A DNA stretch of 24,000 bases, from positions 1-24,000 of the forward strand of contig JAIBDY010000008.1 of assembly GCA_024685995.1 (NCBI GenBank), given 5' to 3'. This DNA is from Piscirickettsiaceae bacterium. Its GTDB lineage: Bacteria > Pseudomonadota > Gammaproteobacteria > Nitrosococcales > Methylophagaceae. The position numbers and the translations under genes are program-made. The notes below the pieces were generated by a model. It saw nothing but the letters and a program-made list of their open reading frames with translations, did no database searches and was not told the DNA's origin. Each line of letters begins with the position of its first letter. Within the stretch, counting starts at the first letter, position 1. Positions 8,972-16,921 of the stretch are shown here, piece after piece.

Positions 8972-11367
8972 AGCGAGGTCTCTTTTAGACATGGGACAGG
9001 GCCGATATAACTGATCGGATCTTTAAGCGTGGGGTAATCGAATTCGGCGTAGCATGTGCTGTTAGGTAAATCGACACGGATGCGGTTTTTGTCTTGTAAG
9101 TTTTCAAGATAGGTTTCGCCATCAAAGCCTACAAATACTAAGCTATCGGGACGACTTTCTTGGTGTACACGACTCGCGACAGGTAAGGGCTGACCACGAG
9201 CATCGGTTAGCAGCACGATAGCGGCACGCACTTTTTTCACAGAGAATTGTACTAGCGTGCCAGCACGATCGCTTGGGGTTGTTACCTGATCTACGATAGT
9301 GACTTTATTATCAATGGGTAAATCCATAGGGTCAATTGATAGCCGGTTATGTTGCCAAGCGTTGAGTCTAGTCACTAGCAGGTTACCCTTATCATTAGTG
9401 TACCCAATGTTCCGATTTTCCAGTTTAACAGGCACATTGGGAATACCGTTAGTAGACACAACGGCGAAGCTATCATTGATGCGCCGTGAGGCAAAACCTT
9501 GGCGATTCATCCAGACGAGGCCGCCGCTGGCTTGGGCATAACTGGCATGTTGATCTCCGCTGCGAGCTATACCAGCAGCAACACGACCATAATTACCTTG
9601 CCAACTACCTTCTGCCGAGGTGTTGCTCATATTGCCATTATGTCCATTTTGAAGCCGCCAACCGTAACCGCCATCACTGGGCAATGCACGTTGTAGGCTG
9701 GCTTGATAACGGTTTCTGTTTGCATTGCGTTGCACATTACTACTGAATTGATAATGACGGTCAAAACTAAGATTAATGCCAAATTGCAGGTTGCGGTCTG
9801 CACTGTCGTTGAGATTTTGATTATAGGATAGATTGAGGAAAATACCGCGACTAATGCTATTACTCCAGTAGACACCGGCATAGCGCGAGGGTCGCTCATC
9901 ACTATCAGCATAGTCGAAGCGAGTGGCATTGATGCCAACATTCCCAAAACCGACCGCATGCACGCCCGCGAGTATTTGTTCGCTGATTTTCGGTGGTGCG
10001 CTACCATAGCGCGTTGCAACATCACGATAGCTGCCGAAGCTACGCTGGCTGGCGGCCGAAAAATTGAAGTGACTGTTACTCCAACTGTAACGCCAAGCTG
10101 TCTGGTGGCCCTGTGCATTGCCTTCATGACTACGCGAGTGAGCGAGGCTAATCACACCTGCCAATTGTGGTTGCCAGACTACACCGATACCGCCATTCAG
10201 TAAGTCACCCCCCGTTTCAGCATGACTTTCCATGGTGAGTTGGTTAGTCACGCCGTAACGAATACTGCCAGTGGCGACCAGTTCGTTTGCATAAGCAAAG
10301 GAACGGATACCATAGTCTTCATGAACCTTTCCAAGGTTTAATGACCAGTCTGATAGCCCTTCGGCGAGTAACTGTTGCGTACTGTAGAACGGAATATCAA
10401 TCGTGGTGGTGCGGCCAAGTATATCGGTGGTTACCACTTGTGCCAGGCCTGTGCCAGTGATGCCGGGTACGGTTGTGAGTTCAAAGGGACCTACAGGCAC
10501 CTCGGACTGATATCGGCGCATGCCATCGATGTAGAGTTCGACGGAGGAAGGCACCGTGGCTTTGCCGACAAACGAAGCCAGCGGCGAGGTTGTGCGGTAG
10601 GGCTGTAGTCTGAAATTACGACTAAACTGGATACCCCCAAAGCGTAAGGGACGGGTCCAACTCAATCCACCACTGATGGCATCGCCGAGGATGACGCGTG
10701 TTGCATGCTCAGGAAATGACCATTCACCAAAGGTATCCAGTGCCACGGTCTCGTTGTGCCAATCGTTGTTTGCCGTGCGTTGTGCACGAGTGATGGCGCT
10801 ATGGCTAAAGACGCCGCTACCAAACCCAAATAGTCGAAACTCGGTGGCGGCCGACGCTAAACGGTGGTCGCCGTCTTGATTGAGGTAAATATCGTAGTTG
10901 ACTAAGGCGCCTGGCGAGGCCATGGCTGTCGGAGCTGTTTGTGGCATCCCCGCCCAGAGTGTGGTTGTCGGTAGCGACAGTAATGATAATGGCGCGGTGA
11001 GTTGTAACTGTTGGGTGTTGACACGGTACGCTACCTCAAGCCCCGGCAGAGCGCTTAATGCGACGCTATCCTCGGAATCATAATTTTGTAAGGTGAAGCC
11101 TAACTGTCTTAGGTCGCTAACTTGGGCGAACAGCTCATTACCTTGTTGGGTAATAGCCAGCAGCGTCGGCTGGCGCGTTTGATTGAGAATCACTTCTAGA
11201 TATAAAGTGATGGCCTGTTGCTGATTCACATGATCGATGATGGCGTTGGCTGACAGGTAGCGTTCGCCGGAGACCTCTCCAGTTAACAATGCTCCCATCA
11301 GTAACGTTGCTAATCGTCTAGTCCGTCGCAGTAATCGGGACAAGAATACGCTCGACCAATTCACCAT
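8968..11367 (-). CDS. Fimbrial outer-membrane usher (799 aa, CsuD-like)
   Basis: Size, position between the chaperone and tip subunit, and beta-rich G/Y/N/S-rich composition are typical of PapC/FimD-type ushers. The ATG at 11367 has SD AAGGA 5 nt upstream. The N-terminus is signal-like (LATLLMGALLTGEVSG). Confidence 0.9.
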   Translation of the reverse strand: MVNWSSVFLSRLLRRTRRLATLLMGALLTGEVSGERYLSANAIIDHVNQQQAITLYLEVILNQTRQPTLLAITQQGNELFAQVSDLRQLGFTLQNYDSEDSVALSALPGLEVAYRVNTQQLQLTAPLSLLSLPTTTLWAGMPQTAPTAMASPGALVNYDIYLNQDGDHRLASAATEFRLFGFGSGVFSHSAITRAQRTANNDWHNETVALDTFGEWSFPEHATRVILGDAISGGLSWTRPLRFGGIQFSRNFRLQPYRTTSPLASFVGKATVPSSVELYIDGMRRYQSEVPVGPFELTTVPGITGTGLAQVVTTDILGRTTTIDIPFYSTQQLLAEGLSDWSLNLGKVHEDYGIRSFAYANELVATGSIRYGVTNQLTMESHAETGGDLLNGGIGVVWQPQLAGVISLAHSRSHEGNAQGHQTAWRYSWSNSHFNFSAASQRSFGSYRDVATRYGSAPPKISEQILAGVHAVGFGNVGINATRFDYADSDERPSRYAGVYWSNSISRGIFLNLSYNQNLNDSADRNLQFGINLSFDRHYQFSSNVQRNANRNRYQASLQRALPSDGGYGWRLQNGHNGNMSNTSAEGSWQGNYGRVAAGIARSGDQHASYAQASGGLVWMNRQGFASRRINDSFAVVSTNGIPNVPVKLENRNIGYTNDKGNLLVTRLNAWQHNRLSIDPMDLPIDNKVTIVDQVTTPSDRAGTLVQFSVKKVRAAIVLLTDARGQPLPVASRVHQESRPDSLVFVGFDGETYLENLQDKNRIRVDLPNSTCYAEFDYPTLKDPISYIGPVPCLKETSL

Positions 11368-12094
11368 TTATCCTTGCCGTAAATGTGCCACCACTGCCCA
11401 GTTTTAGGCCGTCTGGCAGTAGCCATTGTCGTTGCTGATTGGGTAGTACATAACCTGAAAGCCCGGGCGCGATGTTTATGCGTTGTTCGCCCTGCTGCCA
11501 ACTAAGGTCGGCAATCTGGGCGTGACTGTTGCCTTCATTACGGATGTGCAGAAAGTGACTGTCGTTGTCTTTGGTTAAGCGCGTATTCAAGATCGGCTCA
11601 ATAGTAATGTGATTTGGCGGTGTGAGAAAGACGGGGATGGAATAACGCAGTCGAAACTGTAGACCATCGGCTGGGGTATTGTCTGTTGTATCTAAAGGCA
11701 CCGGGACTTCATCGATGAGGATCCGATAACTGCGTTCGGTGGTGGTTGGCGGCTGGCCGTTACGGACTATCCGTACTAGTTGCTGAACATTGGGCGCCAG
11801 TTGCAACATTGGTGGGCTAGCGACAATAGCCTGACTAGGCAGCAATTGATCTTCTCCATCTTGTTGCCGCCATTCAAATACACGAACTTGAGCATATACA
11901 GTCGCTTTACCAGTGTTGATTAGCGTGAGTCCAGCGGCGTTACGTTCTGAGGCAACAAAAATTTGGGTGGGGGAGACCTGCATGCTGGCTTGACTGAGAG
12001 AGCAAACTAACATCAAAAGCGGTAGTGTTATCCTCGTCAGTAACCGCTTTAGCGTGGTGTTGAGTCGTAACTTTATCACCGCAACACTCATCAT
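11318..12094 (-). CDS. Periplasmic pilus chaperone (PapD-like, CsuC-like)
   Basis: About 258 aa with a signal peptide (LPLLMLVCSLSQASMQVSPTQIF). It has the two-lobed Ig-like chaperone size and motifs (VRVFEW, YRILIDEVP, LRYSIPVFL). The ATG at 12094 overlaps the pilin stop as TAATG. The TTG at 12100 in the track is an alternative start. Confidence 0.85.
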   Translation of the reverse strand: MMSVAVIKLRLNTTLKRLLTRITLPLLMLVCSLSQASMQVSPTQIFVASERNAAGLTLINTGKATVYAQVRVFEWRQQDGEDQLLPSQAIVASPPMLQLAPNVQQLVRIVRNGQPPTTTERSYRILIDEVPVPLDTTDNTPADGLQFRLRYSIPVFLTPPNHITIEPILNTRLTKDNDSHFLHIRNEGNSHAQIADLSWQQGEQRINIAPGLSGYVLPNQQRQWLLPDGLKLGSGGTFTARINGELVERILVPITATD

Positions 12095-12609
12095 TACCAA
12101 GTGATAGTGGCGGTGACGGTATCTTTATAATCCTGCGCGGGCGCGCTAGCACTAGGGACTTGGGCATAAATAGAGTGATTTTGTATTGCACCACTGCCAG
12201 TGAGACCGCCTTTAACAGAGCCAAAGGTCGTGTCGTCACCCCACAGCGTTGTGTAGGTATCAGAGTAGAGCTCGTAGGCGACAAAGTTGGTATTGACGGT
12301 TTGACCAATCATGCGCCGAGAGGTCGCGTCTGCATTTGCGCCGCTATTCAATGCGACGGTGTATGCCGTACCTTGCGTGCAGGTAACGTCAATAGAGGCG
12401 CTGCTGACCTGAATATTGGTTGCTGAGGAAGCTTGACTACCAAACACAACATTACCATCAGTCGAAGTGTCAATGCTACAGCTTGATGTGATCGTAATAG
12501 TGACATCAAAGTTACCGGTATCACTACCGGCAAAAACCAGTGGTGCGAAACCAAAGATCGATACTTTGGCAAGAACCTTAAGAAGGGTGTAAGGATTAAA
12601 ATAGTGCAT
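12094..12609 (-). CDS. Spore-coat-U domain pilin; major subunit of a Csu-type archaic chaperone-usher pilus (CsuA/B-like)
   Basis: Signal peptide KVLAKVSIFGFAPLVFAGS. Cys pair SSCSID...DVTC. C-terminal IYAQVPSASAPAQDYKDTVTATITW is typical of SCPU pilins. I prefer the ATG at 12609, because the track TTG at 12639 falls inside a TATAAT hexamer. Confidence 0.85.
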   Translation of the reverse strand: MHYFNPYTLLKVLAKVSIFGFAPLVFAGSDTGNFDVTITITSSCSIDTSTDGNVVFGSQASSATNIQVSSASIDVTCTQGTAYTVALNSGANADATSRRMIGQTVNTNFVAYELYSDTYTTLWGDDTTFGSVKGGLTGSGAIQNHSIYAQVPSASAPAQDYKDTVTATITW

Positions 12610-12638
12610 AATATTTGTTTTTCCATCCTGGTGTGACA

Positions 12639-12690
12639 ATTATATGACAGCGCACTAAGCTATAGGATTATCTGTTTGTTGACAAGATCT
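12639..12690 (-). promoter_or_regulatory. Candidate promoter region of the pilus operon
   Basis: On the - strand there is a TATAAT at 12644-12639, about 30 nt upstream of the ATG at 12609. There is also a TTGTCA-N17-TAGCTT arrangement further upstream. Neither has a full consensus partner hexamer. Confidence 0.3.
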
Positions 12691-12849
12691 TACCGGTGGA
12701 TTACGGCAAAAAATGTGAACGGTCGCCCATTATTTGTCCTTGCTGAATGCCACTGGATCGTTCGTATGTACGGTGTGACGGTCTAAAATGGTGCAATAAT
12801 CAAGTTGAATGCCGTAATGGTTAATTGTCGAAATAGAACAGGCCACAAA

Positions 12850-12857
12850 GGGGGGGG
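12850..12857. repeat. Homopolymeric G8 (C8 on the - strand) tract between the LysR gene and the pilus operon
   Basis: Counted directly in aaaGGGGGGGGcaat. It is about 240 nt upstream of the pilin ATG and about 65 nt downstream of the LysR stop. Confidence 0.9.
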
Positions 12858-12922
12858 CAATATGATCGCTTTGCGATGCCTCGCCTATACCGAAGATGGC
12901 TGTTGATGAAATGTGCGCGATA

Positions 12923-13822
12923 CTAAGAGCCGGAAAATAAAACCGTATTGGCGGTCTCGATCACTTCTGAAACGATCGGGTTGTTGATTTTCTTTTCGAC
13001 GGAAATAGCGTAGAAATTCTCTGACAGCGCCTCGGTCTGACCGATAAACTCGACATCATTTTGTTGCATCATGGCCGCTTTAATAACCGTCGGTGCGATA
13101 TATATCCCGACACCTTCTTGGCCAAAGGCTTTCATCAGTGCGCTGTCATCAAATTCTGCCACGATATGGGGTTGGAGGCGGTTATGGCTCAGCCATTGTT
13201 CAATATCTAACCGTAGTTGGCTGCCACTATTAGGTAGCAATAATGGGGCGCCATTGAGGCATTGTGGAAAGTCACCAGACAGGCGTTTTTTTATCGCCTT
13301 AGTCGCAAAAAAACTAATCGATGAGTGTCCGAGCTTATGGCTAAAGCCTCGGGTGCTGACATTGGGTGGAATGGGCCGATCCGCAATCACTAAATCAAGT
13401 CGATGGAGCGTCAAGTCTGCGAGTAAAGTGTCGATGTCGGCTTCACGGCAAACTAATCTGGTGGCATTAGGCATTTTGAGTGCAGGGAGTAAAATTTGAT
13501 GAGCGATTAATTTCGGCACAACATCAACCACGCCGACTTTAAATAAAAGTGGTTGGATGTTTGGTTGATATTGCATCATTTGTTCTAGTTCATTGCCTAG
13601 CGAAAATATTTCATCGGCATAGCTCAACACCTGTTGGCCAATAGGGGACAATTCTAGATTACGCCCAACTTTCTTGAATAAGGCGACGCCGTAATAGTCT
13701 TCGAGCAGACTCAGTTGACCGCTAATGGTTTGTGGTGTGATATGTAGGCGTTCGCTGGCCCGAGCGATACTGCCTTCTTTCGCGACCGTCCAAAAGTAAT
13801 GTAGGTGCTTGTAATTGACCAT
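12923..13822 (-). CDS. LysR-family transcriptional regulator, NhaR-like subfamily
   Basis: The N-terminal wHTH NYKHLHYFWTVAKEGSIARASERLHITPQTISGQLSLLE closely resembles the NhaR-type HTH (HLYYFW...LTPQTI). A LysR substrate-binding region follows. The ATG at 13822 has GAGG 8 nt upstream. The track TTG at 13849 adds 9 unlikely residues. No nhaA is adjacent. Confidence 0.9.
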   Translation of the reverse strand: MVNYKHLHYFWTVAKEGSIARASERLHITPQTISGQLSLLEDYYGVALFKKVGRNLELSPIGQQVLSYADEIFSLGNELEQMMQYQPNIQPLLFKVGVVDVVPKLIAHQILLPALKMPNATRLVCREADIDTLLADLTLHRLDLVIADRPIPPNVSTRGFSHKLGHSSISFFATKAIKKRLSGDFPQCLNGAPLLLPNSGSQLRLDIEQWLSHNRLQPHIVAEFDDSALMKAFGQEGVGIYIAPTVIKAAMMQQNDVEFIGQTEALSENFYAISVEKKINNPIVSEVIETANTVLFSGS

Positions 13823-13935
13823 GAAAAATACCTCGGTTTTTACGATCAATATATATAAAAAATTCGACTTTTACTAATGTTTAGGCTGTTTTATTCTGAG
13901 CATCGTAACACTCAAAATTCATTAAGGAGACGGTT

Positions 13936-14292
13936 ATGCAAGTTGATATACAAGCAAGATCTTTTACTTTGACGAAAGCGTTGAAAAGTTATGTTGAGAA
14001 AAAACTACAATTAGCATTATCAGGTTATGGCCGACATCGTCACTTCAAACGGGCAGTTATCAGATTGTCTGATGTTAATGGACCACGAGGTGGGGAAGAT
14101 AAACTATGCCACATCCAAGTGATGTTAGCTGGGGTACCGGATATTGTTATTAAAGATACAGAACACGATATGTATGCAGCGATAGATCGTGCAACACAAC
14201 GAGCAGGTAATGCCATTGTGCGTCGATTTGACCGTCAACGTAGGCGAGCCAGAAACCATTCACAACACACAGGGCAACACATCGTTGCCTAA
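13936..14292 (+). CDS. HPF/RaiA-family ribosome-associated (hibernation-factor-like) protein with a basic C-terminal tail
   Basis: SD is AAGGAG. The pattern MQVDIQARSFTLTKALKSYVEKKL...DVNGPRGGEDK...DMYAAIDRA fits the sigma-54-modulation/S30EA fold family. The tail is RRFDRQRRRARN. Confidence 0.8.
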   Translation: MQVDIQARSFTLTKALKSYVEKKLQLALSGYGRHRHFKRAVIRLSDVNGPRGGEDKLCHIQVMLAGVPDIVIKDTEHDMYAAIDRATQRAGNAIVRRFDRQRRRARNHSQHTGQHIVA

Positions 14293-14310
14293 GCTAAAGA
14301 GGAGTCAGTC

Positions 14311-14979
14311 ATGGCTATTTCAAGCAAGACACAGCCAAATCAATCAGTATCAACCCTAGCCACTAATGGCGTACTTCGCAATACTTATATATTGTTATCA
14401 ATGACATTGACATTCAGTGCGTTAACGGCTGGTGTAGCGATGGTCTTTAATCTGCCTCACCCAGGTTTAATAGTGACCTTGATTGGCTATTTTGGCTTAT
14501 TGTTTTTGGTGTCCAAATACCAGAATAGCGCCACAGGGTTGGCATTAGTGTTTGCCTTAACCGGCTTTATGGGCTACACGCTGGGACCGATAATCAATAG
14601 TTATCTATCTTTACCCAACGGTAACCAAATTGTGATGACGGCCATGGCTGGCACCGGTGCTATATTTCTAGTGTTGTCTTTTTACGCCACAACGACACGT
14701 AAAGATTTTAGCTTTATGGGCGCATTTTTGATGGTCGGTATTCTCGTTGGCTTTTTAGCGGGTTTGGCGGCTATCTTCTTCGAGATGCCGGGCTTGTCGT
14801 TAGCGGTGTCCGCGATGTTTGTTTTATTGATGGCTGGCTTAATTTTATATGAAACCAGCAATATTATTCATGGCGGTGAAACTAACTATATTATGGCGAC
14901 AGTCACTTTATATGTGGCCATATTTAACCTTTTCACCAGCTTGCTACATTTATTAGGCTTTATGGGGGATGGTGAATAA
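14311..14979 (+). CDS. yccA: Bax-inhibitor-1/YccA-family inner-membrane protein (FtsH modulator family)
   Basis: SD is AGAGGAG. The protein is collinear with E. coli YccA as I remember it (VLRNTYxLLSxTLxFSA..., TTRKDFSFMG, LYETSNIIHGGETNYIMATVTLYV). Seven hydrophobic segments. Confidence 0.9.
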   Translation: MAISSKTQPNQSVSTLATNGVLRNTYILLSMTLTFSALTAGVAMVFNLPHPGLIVTLIGYFGLLFLVSKYQNSATGLALVFALTGFMGYTLGPIINSYLSLPNGNQIVMTAMAGTGAIFLVLSFYATTTRKDFSFMGAFLMVGILVGFLAGLAAIFFEMPGLSLAVSAMFVLLMAGLILYETSNIIHGGETNYIMATVTLYVAIFNLFTSLLHLLGFMGDGE

Positions 14980-15018
14980 GTCCGCCTCCATAGCACCTAA
15001 CGTCGAATATAAACCCTG

Positions 15019-15050
15019 ATCCCAGTAGCGACTGCTACTGGGATTTTTTT
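15019..15050 (+). terminator. Rho-independent terminator of the hpf-like/yccA unit
   Basis: ATCCCAGTAGC (15019-15029), loop gact, GCTACTGGGAT (15034-15044), followed by a T-run to 15050. Confidence 0.85.
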
Positions 15051-15184
15051 GTTATAAGCGATGAATTAGAGACGACGACAAGGATGGCTTTATCTACCAT
15101 CGCTTAAGGTATGCTGAAGACTAGAAACTAGTGGAGATTGGCTGGGTCAAATAAAATACGGCGTAGGGGATATCTAAATTGGCG

Positions 15185-15940
15185 ATGGCAGACAGCGATA
15201 ACAAACTGGCTTGGATTACCGGAGGAGGCTCAGGGATTGGTAAGGCATTGGCTTTAGCTTTAGATCAGCAAGGCTGGCAAGTTGTCATATCAGGTAGAAC
15301 AGAGCCAAAGCTGCAAGCCGTTGCAGAGCAAGGTCGGCATATCGTCTATTTATTACTAGACGTGACAGACAGAGCGCAAAATCTAGCAGTATTTAATACC
15401 TTATGCGAACAATATGGCTTGCCCAATTTAGTGGTTTTAAACGCTGGAGACTATACCCCAATGCCCGCCGAGGCCTTCGACCTTGACTTGATTTATCGGT
15501 TGAACCAAGTGAATTATTTGGGGGTGATGAATGGTTTAGCGTCGGTTTTACCTGCGATGACTGCACGACAATCAGGACAAATATTACTGATGTCGAGTGT
15601 GGCGGGTTACCGGGGCTTACCCGATGCGGCACCTTATGGGGCGACGAAAGCGGCTTTAATCAATTTTGCCGAGTCTTTGCATAGGCCTCTGAAAGCACAA
15701 GGTGTTATGTTGAGAGTGGTAAACCCCGGATTTGTCACAACACAATTAACAGCGCAAAATAGTTTTAAAATGCCAGCGCAAATAACGACAACAGAAGCCG
15801 CCAAGAGAATAGTACAAGGTCTTGATAGTGATAGCTTTGAAATGACATTTCCGAAGCGCTTTACCTATGTTTTAAAAGTATTACGTTGCTTACCTTATCG
15901 GCTTTATTTCTTTTTGATCGGCAAAATAACGGGCAAATAG
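15185..15940 (+). CDS. Short-chain dehydrogenase/reductase (SDR) family oxidoreductase
   Basis: Cofactor motif TGGGSGIGKALAL, the NAG motif (VLNAGD), and catalytic S...YGATKAAL. The ATG is at 15185 (the track TTG at 15179 adds 2 aa). The stop abuts the next ATG. Confidence 0.9.
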   Translation: MADSDNKLAWITGGGSGIGKALALALDQQGWQVVISGRTEPKLQAVAEQGRHIVYLLLDVTDRAQNLAVFNTLCEQYGLPNLVVLNAGDYTPMPAEAFDLDLIYRLNQVNYLGVMNGLASVLPAMTARQSGQILLMSSVAGYRGLPDAAPYGATKAALINFAESLHRPLKAQGVMLRVVNPGFVTTQLTAQNSFKMPAQITTTEAAKRIVQGLDSDSFEMTFPKRFTYVLKVLRCLPYRLYFFLIGKITGK

Positions 15941-16363
15941 ATGGCTTCACAACAGACATTGGATGCCTACGTCGCTTTTTTTGAGCATATGACAAGGGAA
16001 GACCTAACGAGACTGCCAGAATTTTTTAACCAGCAAGCGCATTTTAAAGATCCGTTTAATGATGTGTATGGGCTTGAACGGATCAGTACGATCTTTCATC
16101 ATATGTTCGACACATTAACAGTCCCTAAGTTTGTTATTGAAGAAGCGGTGTTGAACGCTGATGTGGCCTATATTAAGTGGCAATTCACCGGTATCTTCAA
16201 AGCCAAGCCTATAGAGTTAATTGGTGTTAGCCGGGTTGTGTTTGATCCGCAAGACTTAGTCTCAGAGCATATTGACTATTGGGATGCCAGCGAACAGTTT
16301 TACATGAAACTGCCCATTATTGGCAGCCTGTTACGTTTTATACAAGGCCAAGCTGCAAGCTAA
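15941..16363 (+). CDS. NTF2-like / SnoaL-like small protein (140 aa)
   Basis: The ATG immediately follows the SDR stop (TAGATG). Size and pattern (FF..MT.EDL..L...F...A.FKDPFN...G...I...F) fit the nuclear-transport-factor-2-like family that accompanies this cluster in other genomes. This assignment is from recall. Confidence 0.7.
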   Translation: MASQQTLDAYVAFFEHMTREDLTRLPEFFNQQAHFKDPFNDVYGLERISTIFHHMFDTLTVPKFVIEEAVLNADVAYIKWQFTGIFKAKPIELIGVSRVVFDPQDLVSEHIDYWDASEQFYMKLPIIGSLLRFIQGQAAS

Positions 16364-16921
16364 TTACCAATCGAGTAAGTCAGATCTAAGCGCATCAGAT
16401 AAAGGGTTCTCTGCTAACCATAAACCGACATAGTAGCGGGCAAAATCGATGTTGGGATGTTGATAAAGCAATTCATCATTAAATAACAAAGCAAGCCCCT
16501 TATCAGGATGAATATCGAGACGAAAACGATCCCCTTCGCTGACGTCTTGGTAAAAGGCATGCAAGGCGGCGACATCATTTTGATATAAGGCGCGTTGTTG
16601 CGGCGAATGCTGGCGGCCCAGCGCCACATCAGCGCCTTCAATCAATTGTGCTTTTGACAAGGAGACTCGGTAACGGATTTCAAGCGAAAAAGGCCGTTCA
16701 TCGTCTAGTAGTCGAGACGACTGTGCCCGAGATTCGGCATAGAGCGCAGCATTATAGACCTTGATAAAAATTAACCATGTTGCGGTCGCAGTGGACTTTA
16801 ACTCAAGCTCGCCCCGGATCGGCGGGAAGTCAGGATGGGCAATGGGCATTGCCACGCTAACGCTGAGATTAAACAGCAATGACCACAGGATCCCAATAAG
16901 AATACGGTGTTTTATCATCAT
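16364..16921 (-). CDS. Secreted chalcone-isomerase-fold (CHI-like) family protein
   Basis: Signal peptide MMIKHRILIGILWSLLFNLSVSVA. The motif WLIFIKVYNAALYAE is characteristic of the bacterial CHI-like family. ATGA overlap with the upstream DUF3833 gene. Confidence 0.8.
   Translation of the reverse strand: MMIKHRILIGILWSLLFNLSVSVAMPIAHPDFPPIRGELELKSTATATWLIFIKVYNAALYAESRAQSSRLLDDERPFSLEIRYRVSLSKAQLIEGADVALGRQHSPQQRALYQNDVAALHAFYQDVSEGDRFRLDIHPDKGLALLFNDELLYQHPNIDFARYYVGLWLAENPLSDALRSDLLDW

Noticed and set aside
8050-12626. Numerous 60-166-aa ORFs in alternative frames or on the other strand within the pilus operon (for example 9627-10127, 11940-12308, 12348-12626).
   Set aside because: All are nested in the four collinear, translationally coupled pilus genes. 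None has an independent start context.
12610-12639. N-terminal extensions from TTG/GTG starts in the ORF track. This applies here and at 6417-6440, 8972-8992, 13823-13849, 17443-17520, 19967-20044, 20722-20739 and 23237-23239.
   Set aside because: In each case a downstream ATG has a proper SD and/or an ATGA/TAATG coupling overlap, and yields a sensible N-terminus (signal peptide, lipobox, P-loop position). The longer forms lack an SD or overlap promoter elements.
13071-13499. A 142-aa + strand ORF.
   Set aside because: It is antisense to the LysR regulator, whose HTH and effector domains are clear.
13837-13861. TTTTTA-N13-TAAAAA inverted repeat, considered as a LysR box (T-N11-A type) in the LysR/hpf-like divergent region.
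   Set aside because: It is pure A/T low-complexity sequence in an AT-rich spacer. The symmetry is too easily produced by chance to call a binding site.
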